Positions 1 through 11,927 are shown, counted from the stretch's first letter. The stretch is 47,765 nucleotides of DNA from Octopus bimaculoides (GCF_001194135.2 NC_068987.1:57824142-57871906); one strand, 5' to 3'. Program-made: numbers and translations. Notes: a model not told the origin generated them from the letters alone.

Positions 1-19
1 ATATACATACATACATAGA

Positions 20-1156
20 CATTACAAAAGTAAATACACACCCTTATATTCGTTAAAATTAATTATTATAACGTGAACATCTAATATCTAATAGACATGC
101 CCTTTACATTTTTCGATGCTACTGATCAGATGACGAATATTCTCTTGAAGATTTTCTTGCCAAGTTTCATGTAGAAGTCTCGAAAGATCTGGCTTTGAGG
201 ATGCTTTCTCGTTTTCTTTTACAACATTTCTGTCCATTATGCCCCAGAGATGTTCAGCAGGGTTCATATCTGGTGACTGGTTTGGCCATGCAAGCTTTTT
301 AATACCATTCTCTCCCAACTAATCTCGGGTCTTTTTAGTCGTGTGACAAGGAGCCACATCTTCCATAAATAAAGAGTTTTCTTTAATCATTTCACCACTG
401 GAGAAGATTAGAAGGAGTCCTTTCTGCAATATGGACACATGTTTATCTGACTTTATGTATCCCTCACAGTCCACCAGCTCTGATTGGCCATTGCTCCAAA
501 ATGCTCCCAGACCATCACAGAATAGCTGCCATGTTCCATTGTTGGCTGCAATCTTTTCACGTCAAATTCTTGATCACAGAGTCTCCAGACCCACACACGA
601 CCACTATCAGAAAATACAACAAATCTGTTCTCATCAGAGAATATGACACTGCCCCAAAAGGACTAATGCACTCTCCACCATCTCACCGACCCAATTTGCT
701 CTTGCTGCTCTGCCGTAGTAGTCTGATTTGTGGAAATACCTGACAGCTGTTCTGGGACAGACATCAACTCGTTCTGCTATGTCAAAAGCCTTGCGATGAG
801 GATTATCCTCCACGCTTCTCTTAACAAGGAGAAGAGTCCTGTCAGAGAGCCTTGACCGACCTGGACGAGGTGATGTGGTCTCCTTCCCCTCTCTGGTGAA
901 TTGCGTAATCACTATTAACAGTAGAAAACGGGATCCCAAGGTTTTCTGCGATTATACGCTATGTCCACCTTCATATTAACCCAAAATACAGTCTCTTTGA
1001 AATTCGGACAGTTCCAAGGCTTCTTTTGTACGTAGCATGGTTAAACAGTCACATATAGAACCTAAAACATAAACATGCCAATTAATAAAAAAATATAAAC
1101 CTTTTCAAGTTAAAATAAATATAAAACCATGTTTTATGGGGTATTTATTTACTCTT

Positions 1157-1160
<4 letters not shown>
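20..1160 (-). mobile_element. Degraded Tc1-family DD34E DNA transposon (transposase pseudogene about 88-939)
   Basis: Minus-strand translation across frameshifts and stops gives an HTH region (SPRPGRSRLSDRTLLLVKRSVEDNP), VIFSDENRF (D at 633-635), SVMVW, FMEDVAPCH (D at 358-360) and WPNQSPDMNPAEHLW (E at 253-255). There are exactly 34 codons between the second D and the E. Possible decayed TIRs at 26-43 and 1139-1156 (15/18 match, weak). Confidence 0.9.

Positions 1161-1215
<55 letters not shown>
1160..1215. repeat. (TG)n microsatellite
   Basis: Direct reading. Confidence 0.98.
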
Positions 1216-1217
<2 letters not shown>

Positions 1218-1358
1218 TATGACTGATATAGCTGATTAAAAATTCTGAATGTAGCTAAGTTAAAAAAGCTAACAAGAAAAATTTACTTTAATAACGAAAT
1301 TTTATTTCTTTAGGTACTTTCAACCGTGAGCTGTTACGTCCGTATATCAATATATAAA

Positions 1359-1572
1359 GGCGGTGAGCTTGCAGAGTCATTACTGTACTGACGAAATGTT
1401 TTGCGGCATTTCATCCATCTTTAGATTCTGAGTTCAAATTCCGCCGAGGTTGTCTTTACCCTTCATCTTTTCGGGGTCGATCAAGTAAGTGCAAGCTGAG
1501 CATTGGTATCGATGCAATCGAATATTCCTTCTCCCAAGTTTTCAGGCCTTTTGCCTATTGTAGAAAGGATTA
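1359..1572 (+). mobile_element. tRNA-derived SINE, family A, degenerate copy
   Basis: GGCGGTGAGCT head, B-box-like GAGTTCAAATTCC and body CTTCATCTTTTCGGGGTCGAT, shared with about 12 other copies in the window. Confidence 0.85.
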
Positions 1573-3670
1573 CATCAATGTATATCTCTGTATAGATGCA
1601 GGCTTAGTTTTATAGTTCTTAGCTTGAACGCTATCTTTTTTATAAGAAATTACACTCGAAATTTACTAAGGAATAAATCTATTCTGGGTGCAATATTTCT
1701 AACCAGAAATGGACCGACAAGCAATGTCCTGTATTTCGTAAATTAATTCGTTTGTTAATGATGCTGAAAAGCAAATGGACATAGCTATACAAAATTAATA
1801 GCATATTGCAGCCATTGCTGTCTTTGTCTGAGAGCTAGCCACTATTGCATTTACTTTTTCGGTTAAAATTAATAATCTTGATTTAATGTTCAACTATCAA
1901 AATATTGTTTTGGATGAATAAGTTATTGTCTTCTGTTAAAAAGTTCACAAACAAATAAAATGTGTATTTCAATGAATAATTTAAGACGTCTGTCTTTTCC
2001 CCGCTTAATAAGACCTGCCAGACATAAATTGTACTGTTATTTTCGGCTGAATTATTGTCAAATGCAATATAATATAGAAATGAATAGGCAATATGTTTCT
2101 ATTCAGTGAAGATATGAAACTAATGTTGAATAACGTTTCACAAGTATAAAGCAATTTGTACTTTTGGCTGTGCAAATATTTCTGTAGTAATTACGTTAAA
2201 TCTCTTATCTAAACGGACAATAAATATGTTATTAATGTTTATTCGTCGCTTGGTCTTTTAGCAATACATCAATGAATTGCTATTGTTCATTAAATGTGGA
2301 CATTTAAATAAATAGCCCTTTGCATTTATATTATGGCTTTCATAATTTTATTTTCTTTCTAGATGATAAGATTATACTAATTTGAATGACTATCATAAGA
2401 TTTACTTTAGGATTATAATTTTAATGAACAGTCAATGGATCCCATGTTAAATACACAAAAATCTGTAACCTTCTGGTCCATGCAAAGCTTTTATCTACTC
2501 TCGCTCCCGCAACACATGTCCGTTCACCCAAAGTTTTACCATCCTGCTTATCACTTAAGAAAGCACCGGTATAACCACTCAAAATCACTTTGACCTGCAA
2601 CCTGTTAATTCAATTCGTCTGATCACTACACTTGACATCATACTACAAGAGGTGTATTTTTTTTTGTTTTACGCCATGACTACCTCGTGGTGTAAAATGT
2701 TTGTGCCATGCAATGCAGCTAATATTTCGTTTACACAGAAGCCAACCAACGTGAAATAGTAATCGCATTTTCGTAACAGAGCGTCTTCCTAACACACTCT
2801 GCATACTGATAAACGCTTTCATGTGCTCTACTATTTCCGTCTCCACGTACATTCTCGCACGCGCATACAGTACGCCCAGACTAAGCTTCATTAACACTAT
2901 CAAGATAAGAACACTTACACAATTACTTACTCCCATACAACATGCTTTCGCACACTGGTCTACACACAGAGAAGACATTCTCACTACGCCAGTAATTGTT
3001 TTACTGACTGACAAAATCTGTCTAAGTACAACATTATCGATCACTTTGATTTCGCTTCCTTTCTGATTTTTTAAGTATGTACACATGCATATATAATAGT
3101 TTACACAGAACACTGACATGGGCGCGCGTACACACTCGCAAAAATAAAATATATACGCACACCTCCACATATGTATGTATGTATGTGTGTGCGCACGTAA
3201 TTATCTGTGTATACCTGCATATAATGCAGTTAACACTACTACAACGATAAAAGCATTGCACATATTATTTCATTTGTTTATTGGTTTAAATCACATGAAA
3301 ACGAGCAATGAACCGCGCTGAAAATTATTATGGTGCTCGATATAAATCGCTCAGAGTCCCCGTCCGCACCAGTAACAGTCAAGTCTATAGCATCATATAT
3401 AATATAGAAACGGAAAAATTTTAATTGATTAATAATACGTAAGTACCGAAGAGAGCACAAACAATTAAATTAATGTCTAATGTTATTTTAATGTGAATAT
3501 GGTTGACGACTCCAGGCATATTCAGTCATATTGGATTTCATCAGCGAAGTTTAGCTTTCTCTATAGTTGCTAAATTATTCATACGAGAATTGATAGACTA
3601 ATATACAATAATCTACACGTGTATGGGTCTCTGAGTTATTTTACCTTCTTATTATAATAATCTTTGATAA

Positions 3671-3925
3671 AACGGTGAGCTGGTTGAATTGTTAGCGTGT
3701 CGGACAAAATGTTCAGTGATATCTCTTCCATTTCCTTCCGTTATGCGTTCAAATTCCACTTTGAACGCATAAGTTCAAAGTGGAATTTGAACTGAGGCTA
3801 ACTTCGTTTTCTCTATCCTTTCAGAATAGATACAATAAGTACTATTTGAGCATAGTGGTCGATGTTATCGACTACCTCAACACCCCTAAAACCGCTGGCC
3901 TTGTACTAAATTTCAAAATCATTAT
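3671..3925 (+). mobile_element. SINE family A copy with a templated fold-back insertion
   Basis: Same head and body as family A. A 33-nt inverted insertion lies at 3760-3792. Confidence 0.8.
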
Positions 3926-4985
3926 GATAATCCTTGATACATAATCGTGCAAATTATTGCACATGTAGTGAAAGCAACATATTCTTAATTTGGTAACTAC
4001 AAAGAAGGCTATGTTTCAAAACCAGTTAAAATACTGAAACATGTCCGAACACATGAGCCGTTCTTGAACAAATTTTTTCCTCCCCATCGTTGCAATTCAT
4101 TCTATCGCTTTTCCCTCAGTACACTATGAATGCTGTTACAACTTGATATAATCAACCAAGTTACAAATATAATCAAAATACAAGTGTGGAAACATGCAGT
4201 GGTGCTAATTAGAATTCTTTTATTCTTTTGCTCCTTTTACTGGTTGGCCTGGGGCGTGCCATAACACATAATTCACTATTGTTAGTCGATAATAAGGCAT
4301 GCAAAACGTAGGTTGTTACTTATGTATATATATGTATGTGCATATATATATATATACATACTTATACATATATACATATCTATACCTATATCTCTCTCTC
4401 TCTCTATATATATATATATGTATATGTGTGTGTATGTATGTGTGCGTGTGTATGCGTATATGTACATATATATAGATATATATATGTCTACATATTCATT
4501 TGTGCGCATTTGCGTTTTTTGTAGGTGTATGTGTATATTAGTGTGAATTTGTGTATACAGGTATGCATACATACCTGTATATGTCTGTGTATGTGTATGT
4601 GCATATATATATATATACANNNNNNNNNNNNNNNNNNNNNNNNNNNNNNNNNNNNNNNNNNNNNNNNNNNNNNNNNNNNNNNNNNNNNNNNNNNNNNNNN
4701 NNNNNNNNNNNNNNNNNNNNNNNNNNNNNNNNNNNNNNNNNNNNNNNNNNNNNNNNNNNNNNNNNNNNNNNNNNNNNNNNNNNNNNNNNNNNNNNNNNNN
4801 NNNNNNNNNNNNNNNNNNNNNNNNNNNNNNNNNNNNNNNNNNNNNNNNNNNNNNNNNNNNNNNNNNNNNNNNNNNNNNNNNNNNNNNNNNNNNNNNNNNN
4901 NNNNNNNNNNNNNNNNNNNNNNNNNNNNNNNNNNNNNNNNNNNNNNNNNNNNNNNNNNNNNNNNNNNNNNNNNNNNNNNNNNNNN

Positions 4986-5040
<55 letters not shown>

Positions 5041-5908
5041 TATATATATATATGTATATGTGTGTGTATGTATGTGTGCGTGTGTATGCGTATATGTACA
5101 TATATATAGATATATATATGTCTACATATTCATTTGTGCGCATTTGCGTTTTTTGTAGGTGTATGTGTATATTAGTGTGAATTTGTGTATACAGGTATGC
5201 ATACATACCTGTATATGTCTGTGTATGTGTATGTGCATATATATTTATAACCGTGTATATATTTACTGAAGTGTATACGTGTGTGTTTGTCAAACTTTGC
5301 ACAGACGTCTGTATCTTGCTTTACGTTCGAATATATGCACATATTTACCTATGCTATGTATGCATATGTATGTATGTATACACGTCTGTACCTGCATATA
5401 TGAGTTCCTATACATGTATATGTATGTATTCCTCCATACGTATGCGTATGCGCGTGTATCTAGTTGTATGTGTATATACCCATATACTTGGATGTGCGAA
5501 GGCTCAGTACGTCATTTTCTCTAAACTAGAATGTATAATTTTGACGTTCATATTTGAAATTTTTGCCTTGCAGTTTTCCTCTGTTTTTTACTCATCCTCA
5601 AATTCGATGGAGATATAGCGGCATGTGTAGCCGAATTAGAATATCTCTAGTAAGACATTTTTTTGTTGATGTACTCGAAGCGACCCTGAACAGGTCGAAA
5701 TAGGTGTCGTACCTAGTAAAATATGTTACTCATTCCATCTATCTTATTAATAATGTTACCCTAACCACCACTATGAAGTTCCTGCAAAAAATCTACGGGT
5801 CTACGGATAACAACAGGTAATTGATGGTGTGCCGGTGCTTTACTCATCATCTACTTATACATTTTGTGTAATTTCTCCATTATATATATATATATATATA
5901 TCTATATC

Positions 5909-5942
<34 letters not shown>

Positions 5943-6648
5943 AACAAGGTACTCAGAGATCTGGATGGTTCTACAATTACAGATTTTTACTAATATGTCA
6001 CATGATTTTATAAATCATATATTAGTGCTTGTATCTACCCTAGTAGATTCTTCAAATTTCAAATCTGAAGAATCCACTGTGAATAAGATAGTTTGACTTC
6101 GGTAATTGTATCAGGGTATCTTTGTGTGAAAATTATGTATATGAGTGCTTTTTATATTTTGTCAAAGTGTCCGATATTAAACGCGATGTTTTCTAGGTAA
6201 GGGTAGCTCACATTAAGATTACCTACATACGCTTGGAAAGTGTTGCCTAATTAAGGACAGGGAGTTCCTAGTCATGTTTATCCAAACATTTAAACTGAAT
6301 GGGTGACTAAACAACGTTATTTTTTTGCTTCTTTACTATCTTCCTGAGTGTGGTGAGATTTCATAATTTCTCATTAGAGCCATTTCTCTTTATTATAATC
6401 GTACGTGGAACTTATCTCTAACAATCGATAAATTATAGTTTCTTCTACTTAAATCAGCGACTAAATTCCTAATCATAGCTGGTAAGAAGCATTCATATTA
6501 ATATATACCGTTTCCTCGTTAAACTTCCTGTAGGCGTTAGTATTTCCCTGTACAAAAGGTCTAGAAAAGGTTCAGCAATTACTTTTTATAATGGCTCACT
6601 GTTTAATTCTTTTCATATTTGCCCGTTGCTCGTATATATATATGCTGG

Positions 6649-6858
6649 TTTCAAATTTTGGCACTAGGCCAGCAATTTCATGGGAGAGGACTAGTCGATT
6701 ACCTCGACTCCGGTGCGTAACTGGTACTCATTTTATCGACTCCAGAAAGATGTAATGCAAAGTCGACTTCTGCGGAATTTAAATTAAGAGCGTAAAGATG
6801 AACGAAATGCCGCTATGCATTTTGTACGGCACGCTAACGATTCTGCCAGCTCATCGCT
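6649..6858 (-). mobile_element. SINE family A copy
   Basis: Reverse complement of the family A head, B-box and body. Confidence 0.85.
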
Positions 6859-7614
6859 TTGGATAGTATGTATATTACGCATATTATCGTATATATTTTT
6901 ATGTTACATATAAAAATATCTCCATTTCCATCACAGGTACTACATATAGAAACAAAAATTAAACGGTGATATGTAAGACTACCTAAAAGTCATTAAAAGC
7001 CATCAAGTACTGAATGGCTAACAGCTACACTAATTTGAACTTTTTTAGATAAAATTCGCGTCCTAGAAAGAAAACCTTAGTGTAGTGGTCTTTAGCCCAC
7101 TTATTACAGATTCGTCGCTTAGAGATATTTTCAAGATGTTTACTCTAATTATGTTAGTAGCTATGTATCCATAACAAGGTCATGTATCCATAACAAGGTC
7201 ATTCATATTGCTTGGAATGTCAATTCCATAATTTCTGTATAAAGCTTAGCTCTGGAGGGTGTACACTTCTTAAAAGTGTATATCGAAAATAGTTAATGGG
7301 GCATGCGACCACAGCCCTATTATAGCTCATAATTTAGCAATAGCCAACATGACTAGCAATCAACACCATTCGACAGCCATCCTCTCACAGGAGAACGAAT
7401 TTTACTGATAATTTAACTACAACCAACGTTGTCTAGATGTCGTGAAAGCTTTGTATTCAAAGGTAGACATCCAAACAATCTACAGTATTTATCATATTCT
7501 GAGGAAACACATATAAACTCTAAAAGATCTATCGAGTGTGCTATTTCGTTTATTTACTTGATTGTCATTTTGTTAGTCTTCCTGACTGTCCGTCTGCTTG
7601 TACGTCTGTATGTA

Positions 7615-7669
<55 letters not shown>

Positions 7670-7684
7670 TTGAAATTTACAAAA

Positions 7685-8170
7685 AACAAAAAGACGAAGA
7701 CAGGTGTTAAACGACAAGCAGGGGTATTAGTTTGACGCTCGGGAAGGTAAGAAAGTCGTTTACTTTTCGAGCCTGCGCTTTTCAACAGGAAGGAACACGA
7801 GAAAATAAACAAAGAGAGAATAAAAAAAAAACTTTTAGAGTTAGCCGTAAATCATGGTGACTGGCTGGACAAAGGTAGTTAGACAGGAGAACTATGAAGG
7901 AGGGGAGATAATAAAGTATTGGTGATCCCAAAACAAAGGCGTGCATGCATGTGTGTATGTGAGAGCGTGTTAGTGTGTGCGTGTGGATAAGGGTTGGTGA
8001 CTTTGACGTGTGGATGTGTGCGTGTGTTAGTGTGCGCGTCTGTGGATGATGGTGTGGGTGCTGAGACGTGGTCACTGCTAGTGTGTGCTGGGTGGTGTGA
8101 TGTGTGTGGTTGTGTGTGGTGTAGTGTGGCGGTGTTAGGGTATATATATATGCACAAGTAAGCACATAAG
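7685..8170 (-). mobile_element. 3' UTR/terminal region of a Neptune-like PLE (non-coding fragment)
   Basis: Shares the CA-rich tract and motifs (TTTTGGGATCACC, GTCAAAGTCACCA, CGTCAAACTAATAC, CTGTCTTCGTCTTT) with 29640-30245 and partly with 9740-10390, which lies downstream of a GIY-YIG frame. Confidence 0.7.
7757..7792 (-). ncRNA. Degenerate hammerhead-ribozyme-like motif (CUGUUGA core)
   Basis: Minus strand reads CTTC-CTGTTGA-A-AAGC-GCAG-GCTC-GAAAA-GTA-AACG, homologous to the better-preserved copy at 30137-30172. Confidence 0.45.
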
Positions 8171-8316
8171 TGCAAAGCAATGTGGAAAGTGTAGTACTCA
8201 AATACCAAACCTAGAGTAATGTACAATTTCATTAACGCTAAAACAACGTCTTCACAAACTATTATTCAGAGTATTATGTGACCGTTTGTAAGACAGCTGT
8301 GATAAGTTATATGCGT

Positions 8317-8772
8317 TTGTTGTTGGCAGTCCGTCGCTAACGACGTCGAGGGTTCCAGTTGATCCGATCAACGGAACAGCCTGCTCGTGAAATTAACGTG
8401 CAAGTGGCTGAGCATTCCGCCGACATNNNNNNNNNNCCAGTTGATCCGATCAACGGAACAGCCTGCTCGTGAAATTAACGTGCAAGTGGCTGAGCATTCC
8501 GCCGACATGTGTACCCTTAACGTAGTTCTCGGGGATATTCAGTGTGACATAGTGAGACAAGGCTGGCCCTTTGAAATACAGGTACAACAGAAACTTGAAG
8601 TAAGAGTGAGAGATAGAGTACAGCAGGGTTCGCCACCATCCCCTGCCGGAGCCTCATGAAGCCTTAGGTGTTTTCGCTCAATAAACACCCACAACGCCCG
8701 GTCTGGGAATCGAAACTGCGATCCTATGACCGTGAGTCCGCTGCCCTAACCACTGGGCCATTGCGCCTCCAT
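8317..8772 (-). mobile_element. Full-length tRNA-derived SINE, family B, with an 11-bp TSD
   Basis: A-box TGGCCCAGTGG, B-box-like GTTTCGATTCC, 3' stem-loop CGTCG-TTAG-CGACG and (CAA)n tail. Direct repeat GTTATATGCGT at 8306-8316 and 8773-8783. A 72-bp internal duplication flanks the 10-N gap. Confidence 0.9.
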
Positions 8773-9145
8773 GTTATATGCGTATATACACTATAATGTA
8801 ATATGGTCTTTATAGTTCAACGAATAAGCGTTTCGATCTGATTGAGTAATTAATTAAAAATATATAATGATGCATAATTTACTGCCTTAGCGGAGCAATT
8901 AAATATCAGCGATACTTAAATCGAGAAAAGACTTGTGTCTAGAGATGGGAATTGCAAATAATTAAAAGAAATATACAAGTCAAAAAGACTGATTTAAAGC
9001 TCTTTTCTTTATTCCCCATTACAGGTTATAAATGGAGAGAGGATGAAACAAGACTGATTTCAAACTGAAATTAGAATCAAAGATTAAAGGAAGTAAGTGA
9101 GAATAAAATAAATAAACAAACAAAAATGCACCAAAATAGAATAAT

Positions 9146-9358
9146 GATCCTTTTTAATAAAGACACAAGGTCTGCCATTTTGGGGATGGCGGCTAGTCGG
9201 TTATATCGACTCCAGTGTTTCACTAGTACTTAATTTATCGACCCGAAAGGATGGAAGGCAAAGTCAACCGCGGTGGAATTTGAATTCAGATCGTGCAGAC
9301 GATGAAATGTCGCTAAGCACTTTACACGGCGTACTAACGATTCTGCCATCTCACCATC
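9146..9358 (-). mobile_element. SINE family A copy
   Basis: Reverse complement of family A. Confidence 0.85.
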
Positions 9359-9377
9359 TTAATAATACTAATAATGC

Positions 9378-9559
9378 TTTCAAATTCGGCCACAAGGTCA
9401 ACCATTTTGGGGGAAGAAATGAGTCAATTACACCAACCCCAATGTTTCACTGGTACTTAATTTATCAACCCCGAAAAGATGAAAGGCAAAGTCAACCACG
9501 TCGAAATTTGAACTCAGAACATTGCCAGACGTGCTAGCGATTCTGCCAGCTCGCCACCA
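9378..9559 (-). mobile_element. SINE family A copy (internal deletion), tandem with the previous copy
   Basis: Reverse complement of family A, lacking the A-B spacer hairpin. An (AAT)-like spacer lies at 9361-9375. Confidence 0.85.
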
Positions 9560-9739
9560 CAACAATAACAATAATGATTTCATTTATTTGCCACGAGGGC
9601 GAAAGATGATTGGGAGAATACAGAGATAGGCATAAAGTTTAAGTTTTGAGTCTAGGAAAATAACCCGAAAGAGACTGAAAAAACTTGTAGATTTCAGCGG
9701 TCCAGCATGGTGAATAATTGGAAATAATTAAAAAATAAT

Positions 9740-9907
9740 TAATAATTTTAAAAAAGTGGTTGAATGAAAGGGAGATAATACAGTGTTAGTAATCCCAACA
9801 AGAGAAGATACGTGTGCGTGTATGTGAGAATGGTGTGTATGAGTGTGTAAGTCTGTGTGTGTGAATAGGGGCGAGTGAATCTGACGTGTGGTGAGTGTGT
9901 AACGTGC

Positions 9908-9948
<41 letters not shown>

Positions 9949-11078
9949 GTGCGTAGCAGTTGATGTGTGCTTTTCGCGTGGTGTGTGCACATGAGTGTGT
10001 GTGTCTGTAATCAAACAGTGTGCATGTGTATGGTGTATATATGTGGGCGAAACTTATCTTTGTCTATGTATGTTGTGTGTGTGTGTGTGTGTGTATATAG
10101 CTTGTGTTCAGTGATTATGTGCTTGCGTGGGTGTGGGAGTATATATTGTCTGTGTTCAGATATTATATGCTTGTGTAGGAGTGGAAGTGTGGATGATGGT
10201 GTGTGACGTGTGTACTGACTTAAACAGTGTGTGTGGATGGTCATATAGTGGTATGGGTGGTGACGCTATTGAAGATTGTGTGTGGGTGTGTGAATGATGG
10301 TGTGTGACGTGGGTGCTGGGAAGTAGTCAGTGCTAGGATGCGTGGAATGGTGTGGGGTTGGTATCAAATGAAGAGAGGAGGTGAGATTGGTGTCAGATGA
10401 AGCGAAGAAGTGAGTTGAGCACATGTGACGTAAAGGAGCGAAGAGAGAAATTTAATCCCTATTCACAACGAAGGCGGGAGTCCGGATGTCCCATGTACAA
10501 AGACAGTTCAAACACAGACAGATGTGATAGCGAATGACAGATAGAGCGGAAATGGTGCGATATCAGGGTGTCATTTTCGAGTTTGATGTCTCGTAGGTGC
10601 TCCGCGAACTGGTCAGCCAAGTGGCGTCCCGTTTGACCGATGTACAAGGAAGGACAGAGAGAGCTGGAGATGCAGTAAATGACGTTACTGGAAATGCAGG
10701 TAAATGAGTCGGTGATGTGATAGGGACGATGATGGGTGCCTGTGAGGATGGTGTAGAGGTCGGTGATGTGATAGGGACGATGATGGGTGCCTGTGAGGAT
10801 GGTGTAGAGGTAGGGGCAGATGCAACAGCGTAGGTGAGAGGAGAGGAATGAGCCAAGCTGAGAGATGGGGTTAGGGAAGAAACTGTAGACCAGGAGGTCA
10901 CGCAGGTTATGGGCTCGTTTGAAGAAAGGAAGACATAGGTTGGGGAAGATGTGCGAGATGGAGAGGTCGGACTGGAGCCGCCGGAAGGCTCGGAGAATGG
11001 TGCATTGGAGGGGTAGGGTGGAAGGGTGGTAGGTGAGAGGAAACGAGAAGCGGGCAACAGTGGGACGGGTGCGAGGTG
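9740..11078 (-). mobile_element. 5'-truncated Neptune-like PLE: linker, GIY-YIG endonuclease and CA-rich 3' UTR
   Basis: A stop-free minus frame from about 11100 to 10459 (only partly in the ORF track) reads PLTYHP...FKRAHNLRDLLV...HLRCCICP...FTCISSNVIYCISSSLCPSLYIGQTGRHLADQFAEH...SHHF...RLRCE. It includes the GIY-YIG motifs (VIY, YIG, EH) and a Cys-rich linker of the Neptune type. Confidence 0.88.
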
Positions 11079-11373
11079 ATACCCTTTTAAAGTAATTGAT
11101 CTAGTATTTGTCAGCGTAAAACTGCAAATTTAAATAAATTAAACTGCATCCCAAACCACGTTCATAGGAGAAAAATCGGAGGGTAGCCTACTAAAACGTA
11201 AAAACAATATTTAAACTGCAATCGAAATGATAATCGGAAATCAAGTGAAATTAATAAATCAATAAGAATATCAAATTTCAATCCAAGTTTTTAAATGGTT
11301 CAGGTGCAATTCCCAAAGCATTTTAAGAAAACTAGTCAGTTTAAATGAAAAAGGCATATATATAAATACGTGT

Positions 11374-11602
11374 GTTATTTCTTTACTACCCACAAGGGGC
11401 TACACACAGAGAGGACAAACAAAGACAGACAAACGGATTAAGTCGATTATATCGACCCCAGTGCGTGACTGGTACTTATTTAATCGACCCCGAAAGGATG
11501 AAAGGCAAAGTCGACATCGGCGGAATTTGAACTCAGAACGTAGCGGCAGACGAAATACCGCTAAGCATTTCGCCCGGCGTGTTAACGTTTCTGCCAGCTC
11601 GC
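11374..11602 (-). mobile_element. SINE family A, young subfamily with a distinct 3' end
   Basis: About 95% identical by eye to 24291-24513. TG-rich sequence lies on both flanks. Confidence 0.92.
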
Positions 11603-11642
11603 GTGTGTAGTGTGTGCGTATGCTTATACATGTATATGTATG

Positions 11643-11708
<66 letters not shown>

Positions 11709-11834
11709 TAAATGTATATATACATATACAAAGATACATATATATACATATACACACATATATATTATTATTATTATTAATTTGCCTGTACAGCTGATAA
11801 CTCGCTTTCCACTCGTGATGGTATTATAATAATA

Positions 11835-11927
11835 GGATATCCAGAAGTAATGCAGTACGATCGCTTCATGCAACTCCATTTAATGGAGTTGCATGAAATG
11901 ATCGTGCTGTATTGCCTCTGGATATCC
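11835..11927. repeat. 46-bp-arm inverted repeat (93-nt hairpin, 1-nt loop)
   Basis: GGATATCCAGAAGTAATGCAGTACGATCGCTTCATGCAACTCCATT-T-reverse complement, with 6 differences, all transitions. Confidence 0.92.

Noticed and set aside
2643-3170. 175-aa minus ORF with an overlapping 81-aa plus ORF
   Set aside because: The N-terminus comes from low-complexity TG/CA sequence, and the rest has no recognisable motif or clear splice structure. It cannot be supported as a CDS without a database search.
6045-6073. Short inverted repeats (GATTCTTCA…TGAAGAATC here; TGACCTTAA…TTAAGGTCA near 46740)
   Set aside because: 9-bp stems are expected by chance in 48 kb of AT-rich DNA.
7164-7201. 19-bp tandem duplication (ATGTATCCATAACAAGGTC twice); also a 27-bp near-repeat at about 14986 and 15304
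   Set aside because: These are ordinary slippage-type or chance small repeats with no associated structure.
8690-8772. Possible tRNA genes at the SINE heads and at 27162-27240 and 28037-28115
   Set aside because: A- and B-boxes are present, but acceptor and anticodon stems do not pair properly and each head continues into a repeat body. They are tRNA-derived, not tRNA genes.
10563-11057. 164-aa Ser/Pro/Thr-rich mucin-like ORF (and the similar ORF starting at 44533)
   Set aside because: This is an alternative frame of the PLE GIY-YIG region. The meaningful frame is a different one on the same strand.
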